Shown here one piece after another: positions 37,922 through 47,942 of a stretch of DNA of 52,671 nt. Each line of letters opens with the position of its first letter. Position 1 is the stretch's first letter. The position numbers were made by a program, and so were the translations under genes. Origin of the DNA: Candidatus Pacebacteria bacterium CG10_big_fil_rev_8_21_14_0_10_56_10 (GTDB taxonomy: Bacteria; Patescibacteriota; Microgenomatia; UBA1400; PJMF01). The stretch spans positions 1 through 52,671 of the forward strand of contig PFDK01000009.1 in NCBI GenBank assembly GCA_002772645.1, written 5' to 3'. The notes below the pieces were generated by a model, which made no database searches, had not been told where the DNA came from, and saw only the letters and a list, made by a program, of their open reading frames with translations.

Positions 37922-38218
37922 TTAGTCAAGTGTATAGGGCCGCATACAGTAGAAAGTGCGGGTACCGCTTAAAATAACCGCACCCGACTTGACAGTGTCT
38001 AGTAGCGCTTGCATTTTCTCGTCAACTGTTCCGCCGTATGTATTTCCGGCGTACGAACCAAACACGCCAAACACATAATTGTGTTGTGAGCCAGTAATCA
38101 CGACTCTTGGCCACTCCTCGCCAAGAGCTCCAGATGTATTGTACGTTACGACCCTGAGATCTGGAGCAGAACCAGAAGTCGGCAAGAAGCTAGTAGACTT
38201 GTCGCGCCAAAAACCCAT
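37922..38218 (-). pseudogene. AT-richer orphan ORF, probably a 5'-truncated fragment
   Basis: Stop abuts recR stop; frame stays open upstream into the antisense of hpf; composition differs from flanks. Confidence 0.35.
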
Positions 38219-38281
38219 ACGAACACGAACGCAGCCAGTATTGTCCCAGCCAAGGTTTTCCAGTAGTATACGGACAGATTG

Positions 38282-38608
38282 ATGCGGATCATCGTCCAGT
38301 CAAAAACAGTTCGTGTCACCCAGGCCCTGCGGGCGTTTGTCCGCAAGCAGGCCCTTAAAATGCTCAAGCACCAGCGCGTCATCGGTGTGCGAGTGTACCT
38401 AGAGACGGTAGCCAAGCGGTCCAACGATCCGCAAGGCACAACCGTTAAGTATCAGGTGGAGGTGCCGGGCAAAGACATCGTGGTTAAGCGGCAGGCCGCC
38501 GATCTTTACCAGGCGATTGCCTCGGCTACCAGGCGCGCCCTGCGCCAGGTCCGCAAAGCCAAGGAGAAGCGGATCACTACCGGCCGCCGCACCGATAACC
38601 GGCGATAG
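38282..38608 (+). CDS. hpf: Ribosome hibernation factor HPF/RaiA
   Basis: MRIIVQSK...VTQALRAFV...DLYQAI. Confidence 0.8.
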   Translation: MRIIVQSKTVRVTQALRAFVRKQALKMLKHQRVIGVRVYLETVAKRSNDPQGTTVKYQVEVPGKDIVVKRQAADLYQAIASATRRALRQVRKAKEKRITTGRRTDNRR

Positions 38609-38642
38609 TTGCAGGTCTTGAAGGAAAGGCCGAAAGGTTAAT

Positions 38643-39065
38643 ATGGCAATTCAGCGATCAGCCAGCGATCCGCTTGAAGTGCTGGGCAAGCTAATGAAAG
38701 AAAATCCTAATGGCGATGGCTCCGGAGAGCAACCGCCTCCAGATTTAAGCGATCAAGGGCATCTGCTGGGGGACAGGCGTGAAGATGGGCAGGACTCGGC
38801 ACAGTTTGTCGAGGACAGTTCTAGTGCCGATCCAGAGAAGGACCGGCAAATTGATGAAATCCGCCAGGCCGTCAATGCTACTGGCAATCATAGCGTCAAG
38901 GCTTCTCAAACTCCCTCAGGCGAATCGTCTCAACAAGTGAAGGAAGCCGCGCCACCGGTGCCCCAGCTGATCTGGACTAAACTTCCCGAACAAACTGACA
39001 ACCCCGCCACCGCCAACTTCGGCCCTGACTCCCACCCCAACCAAAACCCGCCCAAAAACTCGTAA
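38643..39065 (+). CDS. Orphan disordered protein
   Basis: 140-aa acidic/Pro-rich ORF. Confidence 0.5.
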   Translation: MAIQRSASDPLEVLGKLMKENPNGDGSGEQPPPDLSDQGHLLGDRREDGQDSAQFVEDSSSADPEKDRQIDEIRQAVNATGNHSVKASQTPSGESSQQVKEAAPPVPQLIWTKLPEQTDNPATANFGPDSHPNQNPPKNS

Positions 39066-39077
39066 CCGCCTCAGCCG

Positions 39078-39707
39078 ATGCCCAGTCCCAAACCAGCTGC
39101 CCCTCGCGCCCGTCCCGGCGGTGGCCTCAACTCCCACGCCGGTGCCGCCCCCCATGAACACCTCGATGAAGCGGCCCTGCGGGAGGCAGTCAACCACAAA
39201 CAGCACCAACAGCAATCTAGCGCTTCCACGCCTGGCCAGACCGCCAAGTCCCAGCAGGACAGCCATCAGCAGTCAAGTTCTAGGCCTCACCAGCCCCGGT
39301 CGGTGGGCACTCTCCGCCAAGAGTTAGTGGGGCGGCCACTGGCAGACATCGGCCGCGATCTTAAGTCACTGATCGACATCAACACCTTGCTGGGCATCAG
39401 CTACCAAGACCCGCGATTACAGGCCAAACAGCACCAGCTCCACCAGCGTTGGCAGCAACTTACCCAGGACGAGCAAGACTACTCTCGGCGTCTCTACCAG
39501 CAGAAGGTAGAACGCCAGCGCCAGGACGAACAGCGGCAAGAGGAAAAAGAACAGGCCGAACAGGCTGATGCCCAACAACCGGTGGTGGCGCCTAGCTCCC
39601 AGCCTAAGGGCCCGGTAGGACTGATCGGCTTGTCGCGCCGCGAACAGGCGACCACCAGAATTGCGCAGCAGCGCCAAACTTTGGGCGGGCTGCGGGGGAG
39701 CAGTTAG
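39078..39707 (+). CDS. Gln-rich hypothetical protein
   Basis: 209-aa ORF with GC-rich codon usage. Confidence 0.6.
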   Translation: MPSPKPAAPRARPGGGLNSHAGAAPHEHLDEAALREAVNHKQHQQQSSASTPGQTAKSQQDSHQQSSSRPHQPRSVGTLRQELVGRPLADIGRDLKSLIDINTLLGISYQDPRLQAKQHQLHQRWQQLTQDEQDYSRRLYQQKVERQRQDEQRQEEKEQAEQADAQQPVVAPSSQPKGPVGLIGLSRREQATTRIAQQRQTLGGLRGSS

Positions 39708-39737
39708 CGCTAGTTTTTAGAACTTAGGGTAAAGCCG

Positions 39738-39767
39738 ATCTCCTCAGCGCGAATCTCCTCAGCGCGA
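39738..39767. repeat. Perfect 15-bp tandem duplication upstream of cysS
   Basis: ATCTCCTCAGCGCGA x2. Confidence 0.9.
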
Positions 39768-39783
39768 TGTTACAATGGCCGGC

Positions 39784-41427
39784 ATGCGGCTCTACAGTAC
39801 TCTCACCCGCCAACTCGAGGAAGTTGAACCGCTGCCGCGCCATCGACAGCCTCAGCCAGCTGACCAGCCCGATCAGTCACTCCATCACCAGACGGACAGT
39901 CCGCCGCCCCCGCCGCCGGCAAATGACCGCCCCCCCGGCCGGCGCGGGACAATCGGTCTCTACGCCTGCGGCCCAACCGTCTACGACTACACTCACCTTG
40001 GCCACTTGCGCAAGTACACCCTGGACGACGTGCTGGTCCGCACTCTGCGCCACGCTGGCTTCGACGTCAAGTTTGTCCAGAACGTCACCGACGTTGGCCA
40101 CCTGACCTCGGACGCCGACAGCGGCGAGGACAAGCTCGAGACCGGCGCTAAGAAGTACGGCCGGACGCCAGAAGAGATCGCCCGCCAGTTCGAGGATTTC
40201 TTTTTTTACTCGATGGACTTGATGGGCAACCTGCGGCCAGATATCAGCTGCCGAGCTACAGAGCACATCGCCGCCCAGCTGGAGCTGGTCAAGACTCTCG
40301 AGAAAAAAGGCTTCACCTACATTATTGAAGGCGACGGTGTCTACTTCGACACCAGCCGGCTCGACGACTACGGCCGGCTGGCCCGGCTGCGGCTCGACCA
40401 GCTTCAGGCAGGCGCCCGCGTTGAGCAGGTCAAGGGCAAACGCCAGCCCAGTGATTTCGCGCTGTGGAAGTTTGAACGGCCGGGGGAGAACCGGGCCATG
40501 GTGTGGCCCAGTCCCTGGGCGGAGCGCGGTTTTCCGGGCTGGCACATCGAGTGCAGTGCCATGAGCATGTGCTACCTCGGCGACCAGTTCGAGATTCACA
40601 CCGGCGGCATCGACCATATCCCGGTCCACCACGTCAACGAGATCGCTCAGTCTGAGGCGGCTACCGGCGCCCAGCCGTTTGTCCGGATCTGGGTCCATCA
40701 CAATTTTTTGCTGGTTGAGTCCGAGAAAATGAGCAAGTCGCTGGGCAACTTCTTAACGATCGACAGTATTCTGGAGCGCGGCTTCGCGCCCCAGGCCCTG
40801 CGGCTGTTATTTTTGTCGGGCCATTACCGCTCGGAGCTCAACTTTACTTGGCAAGCACTTGAGGCCAGTAGCACTGCTTGGCGACGGCTGGTGGCTGTGC
40901 TGGCTGAGCTCGAGAACGGGCAGGAGTTTAATGGCGATAGTGATAGTGATGGCGAAGGTGATGTCGAAGGTGCCGGCCAACAGAGTCAGGCTCACGCCCA
41001 AGCGAAACGGCAACAATTTTGGCAGTTTCTGGAGGACGACCTGAAAACGCCGGAAGCGATGGCGGTGATGTGGGAAGTGCTCAAGGATGACCAACTGACG
41101 GACCGGCAGAAACTGGGATTGCTGTTTGATTTCGACCAGGCTTTGGGCCTGCGGCTGCGCCAGGCACGGGCCGAAGCGCTTCGTCAAGGTGAGAAGCGGC
41201 CGGACCAAGGTTTAGGCGGCCGGCTAAGCACGGCCGACCTGCCCGATGAGGTGATCGCGCTACTGGAAAAGCGGGCGACAGCTCGGGCCGAGCAAGACTG
41301 GGCCACCGGCGACCAGCTCCGCGACCAGCTGGCAGACCAGGGTTACCGGATTATCGACGAGCCTGACGGCAGCCAACGGCTGGTCCAGTCGGCTGAAGGT
41401 GCTCAGTCTCAACCTTCCCAACGCTGA
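39784..41427 (+). CDS. cysS: Cysteine-tRNA ligase
   Basis: YACGPTVY, HLGH, PGWHIECS, HTGGIDH, KMSKS. Confidence 0.97.
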   Translation: MRLYSTLTRQLEEVEPLPRHRQPQPADQPDQSLHHQTDSPPPPPPANDRPPGRRGTIGLYACGPTVYDYTHLGHLRKYTLDDVLVRTLRHAGFDVKFVQNVTDVGHLTSDADSGEDKLETGAKKYGRTPEEIARQFEDFFFYSMDLMGNLRPDISCRATEHIAAQLELVKTLEKKGFTYIIEGDGVYFDTSRLDDYGRLARLRLDQLQAGARVEQVKGKRQPSDFALWKFERPGENRAMVWPSPWAERGFPGWHIECSAMSMCYLGDQFEIHTGGIDHIPVHHVNEIAQSEAATGAQPFVRIWVHHNFLLVESEKMSKSLGNFLTIDSILERGFAPQALRLLFLSGHYRSELNFTWQALEASSTAWRRLVAVLAELENGQEFNGDSDSDGEGDVEGAGQQSQAHAQAKRQQFWQFLEDDLKTPEAMAVMWEVLKDDQLTDRQKLGLLFDFDQALGLRLRQARAEALRQGEKRPDQGLGGRLSTADLPDEVIALLEKRATARAEQDWATGDQLRDQLADQGYRIIDEPDGSQRLVQSAEGAQSQPSQR

Positions 41428-42062
41428 CCCGCCGAGCAGTACTCTTGTTCGGTGACGATCAGGTGATCGAGCAGGCAGACCCCGAGCAGTTCGCCGGCGG
41501 CTTGGAGCGTCTTGGTGACCTGCAGGTCGGCTGGGCTGGGCTGGGGATCGCCTGAAGGGTGGTTGTGGGCAACGATCACCGCCGCGCAGGGAAGCTGAAG
41601 GGCAGGGGCGAAGACGTCGCGGGGCTGAAAGCTGGAGCTGTGGACACCGCCGATGCTGATCGTCTCTTGCTTGAGGACTTGGTGACGGGCGTTTAAGTAA
41701 AAGCCCAGCACGTACTCGCGGTGTTTGGTCCTGATCGATTGGCAGGCGGCAAAGACGTCGGCTGGTTGGTGGAGGACCAGGGTGGGCGGCGGCGCGAAGC
41801 ACCGCCGCCCCACTTCCATCGCCGCCAGCAGTAAAGTTGTCTTGGCCGGCCCCAGGCCGGCCACGCTCTCCAGCCGCTGCCAAGACCAGCCAGGCAGTTC
41901 GTTTAACTTTCCCTGGCTGAGCAGCTGACGGACGATCTGCTTGACCGGCCGACCTTGAGTACCTGAGACCAGCAGCGCCTGCAGCAGCTCGGCATCGCTC
42001 AGGTTTCCCGGCCCCAGCCGCCGCATTTTTTCCCGGGGCCGTTGGTGTGAGACGCTCAACAT
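41409..42062 (-). CDS. radC: RadC/JAB-domain protein
   Basis: PREK, LSDAELL, HNHPSGD...PSPAD, LLDHLI. Confidence 0.93.
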   Translation of the reverse strand: MLSVSHQRPREKMRRLGPGNLSDAELLQALLVSGTQGRPVKQIVRQLLSQGKLNELPGWSWQRLESVAGLGPAKTTLLLAAMEVGRRCFAPPPTLVLHQPADVFAACQSIRTKHREYVLGFYLNARHQVLKQETISIGGVHSSSFQPRDVFAPALQLPCAAVIVAHNHPSGDPQPSPADLQVTKTLQAAGELLGVCLLDHLIVTEQEYCSAGQRWEG

Positions 42063-42286
42063 CCATCCCCAACTCTACTCGGGCAACCTTGAATCTAGCT
42101 TGCGCGCGCTTTGCCTAAGGGCTCGCCGTCTGCCCACCACCAGCCCACCACCGGCTTGCCACCTGCCCACCACCAGCCCGCCGCCGCTCGGCCATCTGCT
42201 ATACTGCTGCTACCTTAAGCTTAGTTGCTTTTTACTCGATACTTAACAGCGGCCTGACGGGGTCGGTCTGTCGGCTTGAGGTTGGT

Positions 42287-43579
42287 ATGCGTGTCTCGGT
42301 CATCGCCCTACTCCAACTTGCCACTATCGCCACCGTTACCTCGGCCCTGGCCATGACCGTACAAACTGTCTTCGCCCCGCCTCTGGCGTCAGCCCAGGCA
42401 GCTGCTCCTACTCCCACTGACGAGCTGGCAGTACCGCAAGTCATCGAGGGACCGCACTTTTTCAATGGCCAGAATGTCATCATCACCGACACCCTGGAAG
42501 GCGATGTCTACGCGGTTGGCGGTACCGTTCAGCTGGAGGGCACCATCATCGGCAGTTTGCTAACGGCTGGCGGTCAGGTCACCATCAACGGCGAGGTTAC
42601 CGACGACGTCCGGGCGGCCGGCGGCCAAGTCAGCTTCAACGGCGCCGTGGGCGACAACGTCACCGTGCTGGGCGGTACTGTTACTTTTGGCCCCGAGAGC
42701 GCGGTTGGCGGTAGCGTGGTGGCCGGTGGCAGCAGCGTCTCGATGAGCGGCGAAGTTTTGGGCAACACCCTGATTGGCGGCGGTACCACTCGGTTGGCCG
42801 GCACCTTTGCTCAGAATGTCCGCTTGGGCTCAGACACTGTCGAGATTTTGCCCGGCGCGCTGATCGGCGGCTCGATCGGCGGAGAGGTGGGTACTCAACT
42901 TGAGATCGCCCCCCAAGCCACCGTGGCCGGCCAGCGCCAGGTCCGCGTCCACCAGCTCCAGCAAAGAGCCGACCAGACCCGCCGCCAAGCCCAGCGACTG
43001 TTCCAGACTGGCCAAGCGGCTTGGTTCCTGGTGACGCTGGTCATGTCACTGCTGGGCGGCAGCTTTTTACTCTACCTGTTTGATCGCCAAGCCGAACGCG
43101 TTACCCAACTGGCCGCCGCCGCGCCGGTAGCGGCTTTGGGCTGGGGCGCGGTTCAGTTGATCGTCACCCCGATCCTGGCCTTGCTGCTGCTGATCACGAT
43201 CTTTGCCGCCCCGTTGGCCGGCTTGATCCTGCTGTCGTACCTGATCTCGGTGATCATCGCCGGCTGGGTAGGGGCCTATGTGGTCGGTCACCGGCTGTGC
43301 CAACAGCTAGGTGGAACTCTCCGTCACCACCGGTACCTCCAACTGGTGTTGGGGGTGTTGGCTGTCAAACTGCTGGGACTGGTACCACTGCTGGGTTGGG
43401 TAGTCAGGTTTTTGGTGTTCATGGTGGGACTGGGCTTGGTGGTGATGGTTGCTCGCGACGTCACCCGCCAGTCGTCAGCCTACCCGTTGGCTACTCCGTC
43501 AGACGGCACCAGCCGGCACCAGCCGAACGGCAGTCACCGCCCCAAATCATCGGGTGCTAAGCGCCGGCCCCGTCTCTAG
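42287..43579 (+). CDS. Bactofilin-like beta-helix membrane protein
   Basis: Repeated GDV-AAGG-V-I-G units followed by several TM helices. Confidence 0.75.
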   Translation: MRVSVIALLQLATIATVTSALAMTVQTVFAPPLASAQAAAPTPTDELAVPQVIEGPHFFNGQNVIITDTLEGDVYAVGGTVQLEGTIIGSLLTAGGQVTINGEVTDDVRAAGGQVSFNGAVGDNVTVLGGTVTFGPESAVGGSVVAGGSSVSMSGEVLGNTLIGGGTTRLAGTFAQNVRLGSDTVEILPGALIGGSIGGEVGTQLEIAPQATVAGQRQVRVHQLQQRADQTRRQAQRLFQTGQAAWFLVTLVMSLLGGSFLLYLFDRQAERVTQLAAAAPVAALGWGAVQLIVTPILALLLLITIFAAPLAGLILLSYLISVIIAGWVGAYVVGHRLCQQLGGTLRHHRYLQLVLGVLAVKLLGLVPLLGWVVRFLVFMVGLGLVVMVARDVTRQSSAYPLATPSDGTSRHQPNGSHRPKSSGAKRRPRL

Positions 43580-43718
43580 TAATCTCTACTCAAATACCTC
43601 AAAAGATTGCTGGTAGCGGATCGGCAAAAACTGGATACAAAATATGATCAATTCGCCAGCCGATCGCCAGCCGAGGGCGTTTTTCCCCGTCTCACATCGA
43701 TTTACACAAAATCTCATA

Positions 43719-43735
43719 GTTCACAATTTGTGAAC
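43719..43735. repeat. Perfect inverted repeat
   Basis: GTTCACAA-T-TTGTGAAC. Confidence 0.85.
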
Positions 43736-43760
43736 AACTTCAAACAACATCAAACCAGGC

Positions 43761-43818
43761 TACCTAGGCAAGGAGTACTTGAGTAAACCTAGGTAATGCT
43801 TAAGCAATGCCTAGGCAA
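43761..43818. repeat. Array of about 11-bp palindromic units (TRCYTARGYAA)
   Basis: TACCTAGGCAA, TACTTGAGTAA, ACCTAGGTAA, TGCTTAAGCAA, TGCCTAGGCAA. Confidence 0.75.
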
Positions 43819-43888
43819 CTATTTTTCTATCCTAGAGTAATTTTACTTAGGTCGAAATACGGCTTGTGCTATGATAAAAACTCCGCAC

Positions 43889-44503
43889 ATGAGCTCTCCC
43901 ATTTTTTCGCACTTTCGCCGCCGCGATCGGCTAATTTACCAGGTCCTGACCGCGATGGATGACTTCAACCCGCTCGCGCCAACACACCCCCCAGAGGAGT
44001 ACTTTAGTGAATTGAGTAGCTCGATTGTTGGCCAGCAGCTGTCGACTACCGCTGCCCATACAATTTACACCCGGCTGGTTAAGTTACTGGCAGGCGATGT
44101 GACTGCCGCCCGGCTGCTAGCTGCCGACGACCAAGCCATGCGCGACTGCGGTCTGTCGTGGGCCAAGGTTCGCTCCGTCAAGGACTTGGCGGCCAAGGTG
44201 GCCAACCACCAGCTCAAGCTTAACCGGCTGACCACCATGAGCGATGCTCAAGTCATCGCCGAGCTGACCAAAGTCAAAGGTATCGGCCAGTGGACAGCCG
44301 AGATGTTCCTGATATTCGCGCTGGGGAGGGAAGACATTTTTTCTCACGGCGATCTGGGACTGCGGCGGGCTATGGAGGGCTTGTACGGGTTGGGGCAGCT
44401 GCCGTCGCCTGCCCAAGCCGACCAGATCTCAACCAAGTGGCGGCCGTACCGCAGCTACGGCTGCCTGGCGCTGTGGCACACCCTGGACAACGCGCCGATT
44501 TAA
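43889..44503 (+). CDS. alkA: DNA-3-methyladenine glycosylase II (HhH-GPD)
   Basis: IVGQQLS, VKGIGQWTAEM, DLGLR, WRPYRS. Confidence 0.92.
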   Translation: MSSPIFSHFRRRDRLIYQVLTAMDDFNPLAPTHPPEEYFSELSSSIVGQQLSTTAAHTIYTRLVKLLAGDVTAARLLAADDQAMRDCGLSWAKVRSVKDLAAKVANHQLKLNRLTTMSDAQVIAELTKVKGIGQWTAEMFLIFALGREDIFSHGDLGLRRAMEGLYGLGQLPSPAQADQISTKWRPYRSYGCLALWHTLDNAPI

Positions 44504-44505
44504 AG

Positions 44506-44735
44506 TCTGACTTTCGCGCTTTTTGATTTTTTTCGTTTCTTTCCAGTTGGCATTTTTTCTTGGCATATCTAAAAAAAACTTAAAGCGCGTGGGCCAAAAC
44601 GGCCCACTTTTGACACACTAACGGCCCACTAATGGCCCACGGAAAATGTGCGCCAAAAAAACACCCCAAAGAAATTATTCCCTAGGGGAGGGGACAGTCA
44701 GCAAACTAAGTGGTTGCTAATTCGCAAAAGTCTGG
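44506..44735 (+). mobile_element. Dispersed element copy E7, full length
   Basis: TCTGACTTTCGCG ... TCGCAAAAGTCTGG; 3 extra iterons; starts 2 bp after the alkA stop. Confidence 0.92.
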
Positions 44736-44784
44736 CGACCAGATCTCAACCAAGTGGCGGCCGTACCGCAGCTACGGCTGCCTG
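44736..44784 (+). repeat. Exact 49-bp duplicate of alkA 44419-44467
   Basis: CGACCAGATCTCAACCAAGTGGCGGCCGTACCGCAGCTACGGCTGCCTG present at both places. Confidence 0.95.
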
Positions 44785-44830
44785 ACTCACGTTCAGGTCC
44801 TGCCGGTGAAGTGCGGTATGATAGCCGCAG

Positions 44831-45997
44831 ATGCTCGCCGAGCCCACCAGAGCACTGCTGCGCCGGGCCATCATCTGGGTGATGTCGGGGGTGGCGGTGC
44901 TGTTGGTGTTAAGTCTGGCCTGGCAGTGGCTGCCGCGCCAGCGCTCGGTTAATACCGGTGGGGGAGTAGGGGAGCAGGTTTCCCCGGCCGACCAAACTGC
45001 TCAGAGTGCCCGGGCTGGGCCTGCCACCCCAGCGCCGGAGGCCAGCGAACCAGCCGCGGCTGCCGCTCAGCCCCCGGCTCCCAACAGCACAGTCAAGCTG
45101 CTGCTGGTAGGGGACATGATGTTCGATCGCGACATCAGGCTGGCGGCCGAGCGTCACCCCGACGGGTACGACTTCATCCTGGCGCCGGTCCGGCAACTGT
45201 TAACAGACCACGACTTAGTGATCGGCAACCTGGAAGGGCCGGTGACTACCTTTAAGTCGCGCAGTGCCGGCTCCGCCGTCGGCTCGACCGACAACTTCCT
45301 GTTTACTTTCAGCACTAAAGTTCCCGCCTTGTTGGCTCGCCACCAGATGAGACTGGTCAACCTGGGCAACAATCATATTGGCAACTTCGGCCCGGAGGGT
45401 ATTGCCCAGACCGGCCGACTGCTCGATCTGGCCCAAGTAGAGTACTTTGGTTGTATTGGCCAGCCTCGGTTTGACGCCCAGCGCTGCCTGCGTCAAGTTG
45501 AGGTGGGGGGACTGCGCCTGCTGTTTGTTAACCACAACCAGTTTGCCGAGTACGATCGGCAGCGCGTTCTTGAGGAGTTGCGCCGTCGGGTTGCCGGCCA
45601 ACTAGCCAGCCAAACCGAAACCGCTCCAACTGCCCAGCCCGACCGACCGCCTGACCTGACCATCGTCTACGCCCACTGGGGCAGTGAGTACGTCACCAAA
45701 GCCGGACCGACGGTCCAAGACCTGGCCCGCGCTTACGTCGATGCCGGCGCCGACCTGGTAGTCGGCAGTCATCCCCACGTTGTCCAGCAGTCTGACCAGT
45801 ACCAGGGAGTGCCGATCTACTACTCGCTGGGCAACTTCGTGTTTGACCAGTACTTTGATGAAAATGTCCGCCGTGGACTGGCGCTGACAGTCGAGGTCGA
45901 TCCCGTCACCACACAGTTCACGCTCAGAGAGCACCAGCTCGAGCTGCGGCCCAACGGCCAGACTGTCTTGACGGACTCCAACACGGCCGCTAACTAA
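44831..45997 (+). CDS. CapA/PGA_cap metallophosphoesterase family protein
   Basis: GDMMFDR, GNLEGP, LGNNH, HWGSEY, GSHPHV, YSLGNFVFDQ; N-terminal TM. Confidence 0.9.
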   Translation: MLAEPTRALLRRAIIWVMSGVAVLLVLSLAWQWLPRQRSVNTGGGVGEQVSPADQTAQSARAGPATPAPEASEPAAAAAQPPAPNSTVKLLLVGDMMFDRDIRLAAERHPDGYDFILAPVRQLLTDHDLVIGNLEGPVTTFKSRSAGSAVGSTDNFLFTFSTKVPALLARHQMRLVNLGNNHIGNFGPEGIAQTGRLLDLAQVEYFGCIGQPRFDAQRCLRQVEVGGLRLLFVNHNQFAEYDRQRVLEELRRRVAGQLASQTETAPTAQPDRPPDLTIVYAHWGSEYVTKAGPTVQDLARAYVDAGADLVVGSHPHVVQQSDQYQGVPIYYSLGNFVFDQYFDENVRRGLALTVEVDPVTTQFTLREHQLELRPNGQTVLTDSNTAAN

Positions 45998-46068
45998 AAG
46001 CCCGCCGCCGGCCACGTCGATACTTTCAATAACTGGCACTGTACGCTCAGCAAGCTGGGACGATAGCC

Positions 46069-46473
46069 TCACTTTGTTCGTCTGGATCGCCGTTCCCGAG
46101 AACGTTTGGGCTGGGGAGGGTTGTCAAGGCCACTATCGAGTTCTTCCCAGCCGTCGTAGCGGCTGAAAAACTGTCTCAGCATCAAAAAAAGCTCGCCGGC
46201 CAAATAACCCAGGATGGCGTAGGCGATCAGCGCGAACAGCGTCGAGAAATCGATCACCAATCCGCCCTCGAGCTGTGAAGTTGGGAACATGCCCTCAAAA
46301 GGCGCCAGCAGGGGATCGGTGGTGGTCGTGACCCACTGGACAAACGGCGCCGTTTGGGAAGCGCCGAACAGCCGCAGCGCCACCCGCAGTACCAGTAAGC
46401 TCTCCACCAAGCCGGTCACAAAATTGATCAAGACGATGATTATGTCTGGCGGAGTACGCATCTGAGTTTGCAT
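46069..46473 (-). CDS. YggT-family membrane protein
   Basis: LRLFGA...PFVQW...TDPLLAPF...IDFSTLFALIAY. Confidence 0.8.
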   Translation of the reverse strand: MQTQMRTPPDIIIVLINFVTGLVESLLVLRVALRLFGASQTAPFVQWVTTTTDPLLAPFEGMFPTSQLEGGLVIDFSTLFALIAYAILGYLAGELFLMLRQFFSRYDGWEELDSGLDNPPQPKRSRERRSRRTK

Positions 46474-46474
46474 A

Positions 46475-47059
46475 TCAGCGCGAGTATACCATGCATCTAC
46501 AATCGAGTACCGATAGCCAGTACTGACTGATCCTAGAGCTATCGATCAGCCAGCTGATCATCCCAGAGGTGAACAGAAAAACCGACTTTTTAATATCAAA
46601 AGCCGACAGGAAAGTACTCCTGATCGCTCCTCCCACCCCAAAGACACCAGCAAAGAACCCGGACAAAGACCCTCCCCATACGGCACCGGCGGTCGAAGGC
46701 TTAACCTTCCAACTGGGTCTAAAGAACAGGAACGAGACATAAGCCACTAGAAACAGTCCCAGCCAGCGCTGTAGCAGCTCCTCCGGCAAGGTAAGCGGCA
46801 GCCGAGCAGCCAGGAAGCTCAGCACAACTCCCGGCACGACGAACAGTAAAATCAGCCGCCAGTTAAATCCTTTCTTGAAAAAGAGCATTTTCCAGATGTC
46901 TCCAAACCAGTGAACCACCCCTACAAACAGCAAAACCGTTGGTAGCGGCAGGAACAAGGACAGCACCGGCACCATGATCGTCGAGGTCCCAAAACCGGTC
47001 ATGGTGCCCACGGCGGCGGCGGTAAAAGTTAGGAGGGTCAGGTAGAAGATCTCAACCAT
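46475..47059 (-). pseudogene. TauE/SafE (TSUP) transporter, 3'-truncated
   Basis: GTMTGFGTS and GVFGVGGAIR motifs; last TM helices missing; tail runs into the promoter of the YggT gene. Confidence 0.65.
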
Positions 47060-47164
47060 ACTTTCATTCTACCGCAAGTGTCGCCACCTACATTCCAAGT
47101 TGGGATCAGGATGGCGGACTCAGGGAGGGAACACCCAGCTTTAATTTTGATATACTCCTCCAGT

Positions 47165-47923
47165 ATGGCAGAAGATTTTTACGACAAGGTTGCTAGTAAA
47201 TTCGGAGGCTATGGGTACGGGACTAGCCCTCTATATACAAGCGAATATCCAGCAGGAAATCCTGAAAAGGTATTTAAGGAAAAACTTTTAGGATTGAGCT
47301 CAAAAAATAAAGTAGCCCTAGATATTGGCTGTGCTGATGGTAAGTTTACCCTTTCGATAGCGCCTTCTTTCCAAAAAATATATGGAGTTGACACTTCAAG
47401 TGTAAATCTAGATGTAGCTAAAAGTCACAGTGAGGATGAAAGGAGTAGAAATGTCGAGTATTTTTTACAGGATGCAAGCCATACTTCATTTGAAGATTCT
47501 TTTTTTGACTTAGCTTATTGCAGAAGAGGGCCATCTTATTATAAAGAGCAGCACCGTGTTCTTAAGTCAAAAGGACACTATCTTCAAATTGGGATAGGCG
47601 AGAAGGACACAGTAGAGCTAAAAAAGATATTTGGTAGAGGACAAGATTTTGGAAAATGGAACAGATCAAGATTGGATGAAAATCTAAAAACACTTCAATC
47701 ACTTGGGTTTAAAGTTCTTTTTGCGGAAGATTTTCATTACTTTGAGTATTACCCGTCCTATGCAGAGTTAGATTTGTTTTTACAAGGTGTCCCTATTTTT
47801 GAAGATTTTGATTCACAAAAAGATCGAGCATCATTGCAAAAGTACGTTGACAAGTTTTCAAGTGACAAAGGTATTCAGCTTTCGCGTCATCGATTGGTGA
47901 TGGTGATGAAAAAAGTTAGTTAG
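47165..47923 (+). CDS. Class I SAM-dependent methyltransferase
   Basis: ALDIGCADG, GVD, FEDSFFDL; strongly AT-rich. Confidence 0.88.
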   Translation: MAEDFYDKVASKFGGYGYGTSPLYTSEYPAGNPEKVFKEKLLGLSSKNKVALDIGCADGKFTLSIAPSFQKIYGVDTSSVNLDVAKSHSEDERSRNVEYFLQDASHTSFEDSFFDLAYCRRGPSYYKEQHRVLKSKGHYLQIGIGEKDTVELKKIFGRGQDFGKWNRSRLDENLKTLQSLGFKVLFAEDFHYFEYYPSYAELDLFLQGVPIFEDFDSQKDRASLQKYVDKFSSDKGIQLSRHRLVMVMKKVS

Positions 47924-47942
47924 ATCAATTTATAAACAGCGT

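Noticed and set aside
44419..44784. alkA duplication as a DGR template/variable repeat pair
   Set aside because: The copies are identical with no adenine-specific changes, and no reverse transcriptase is present.
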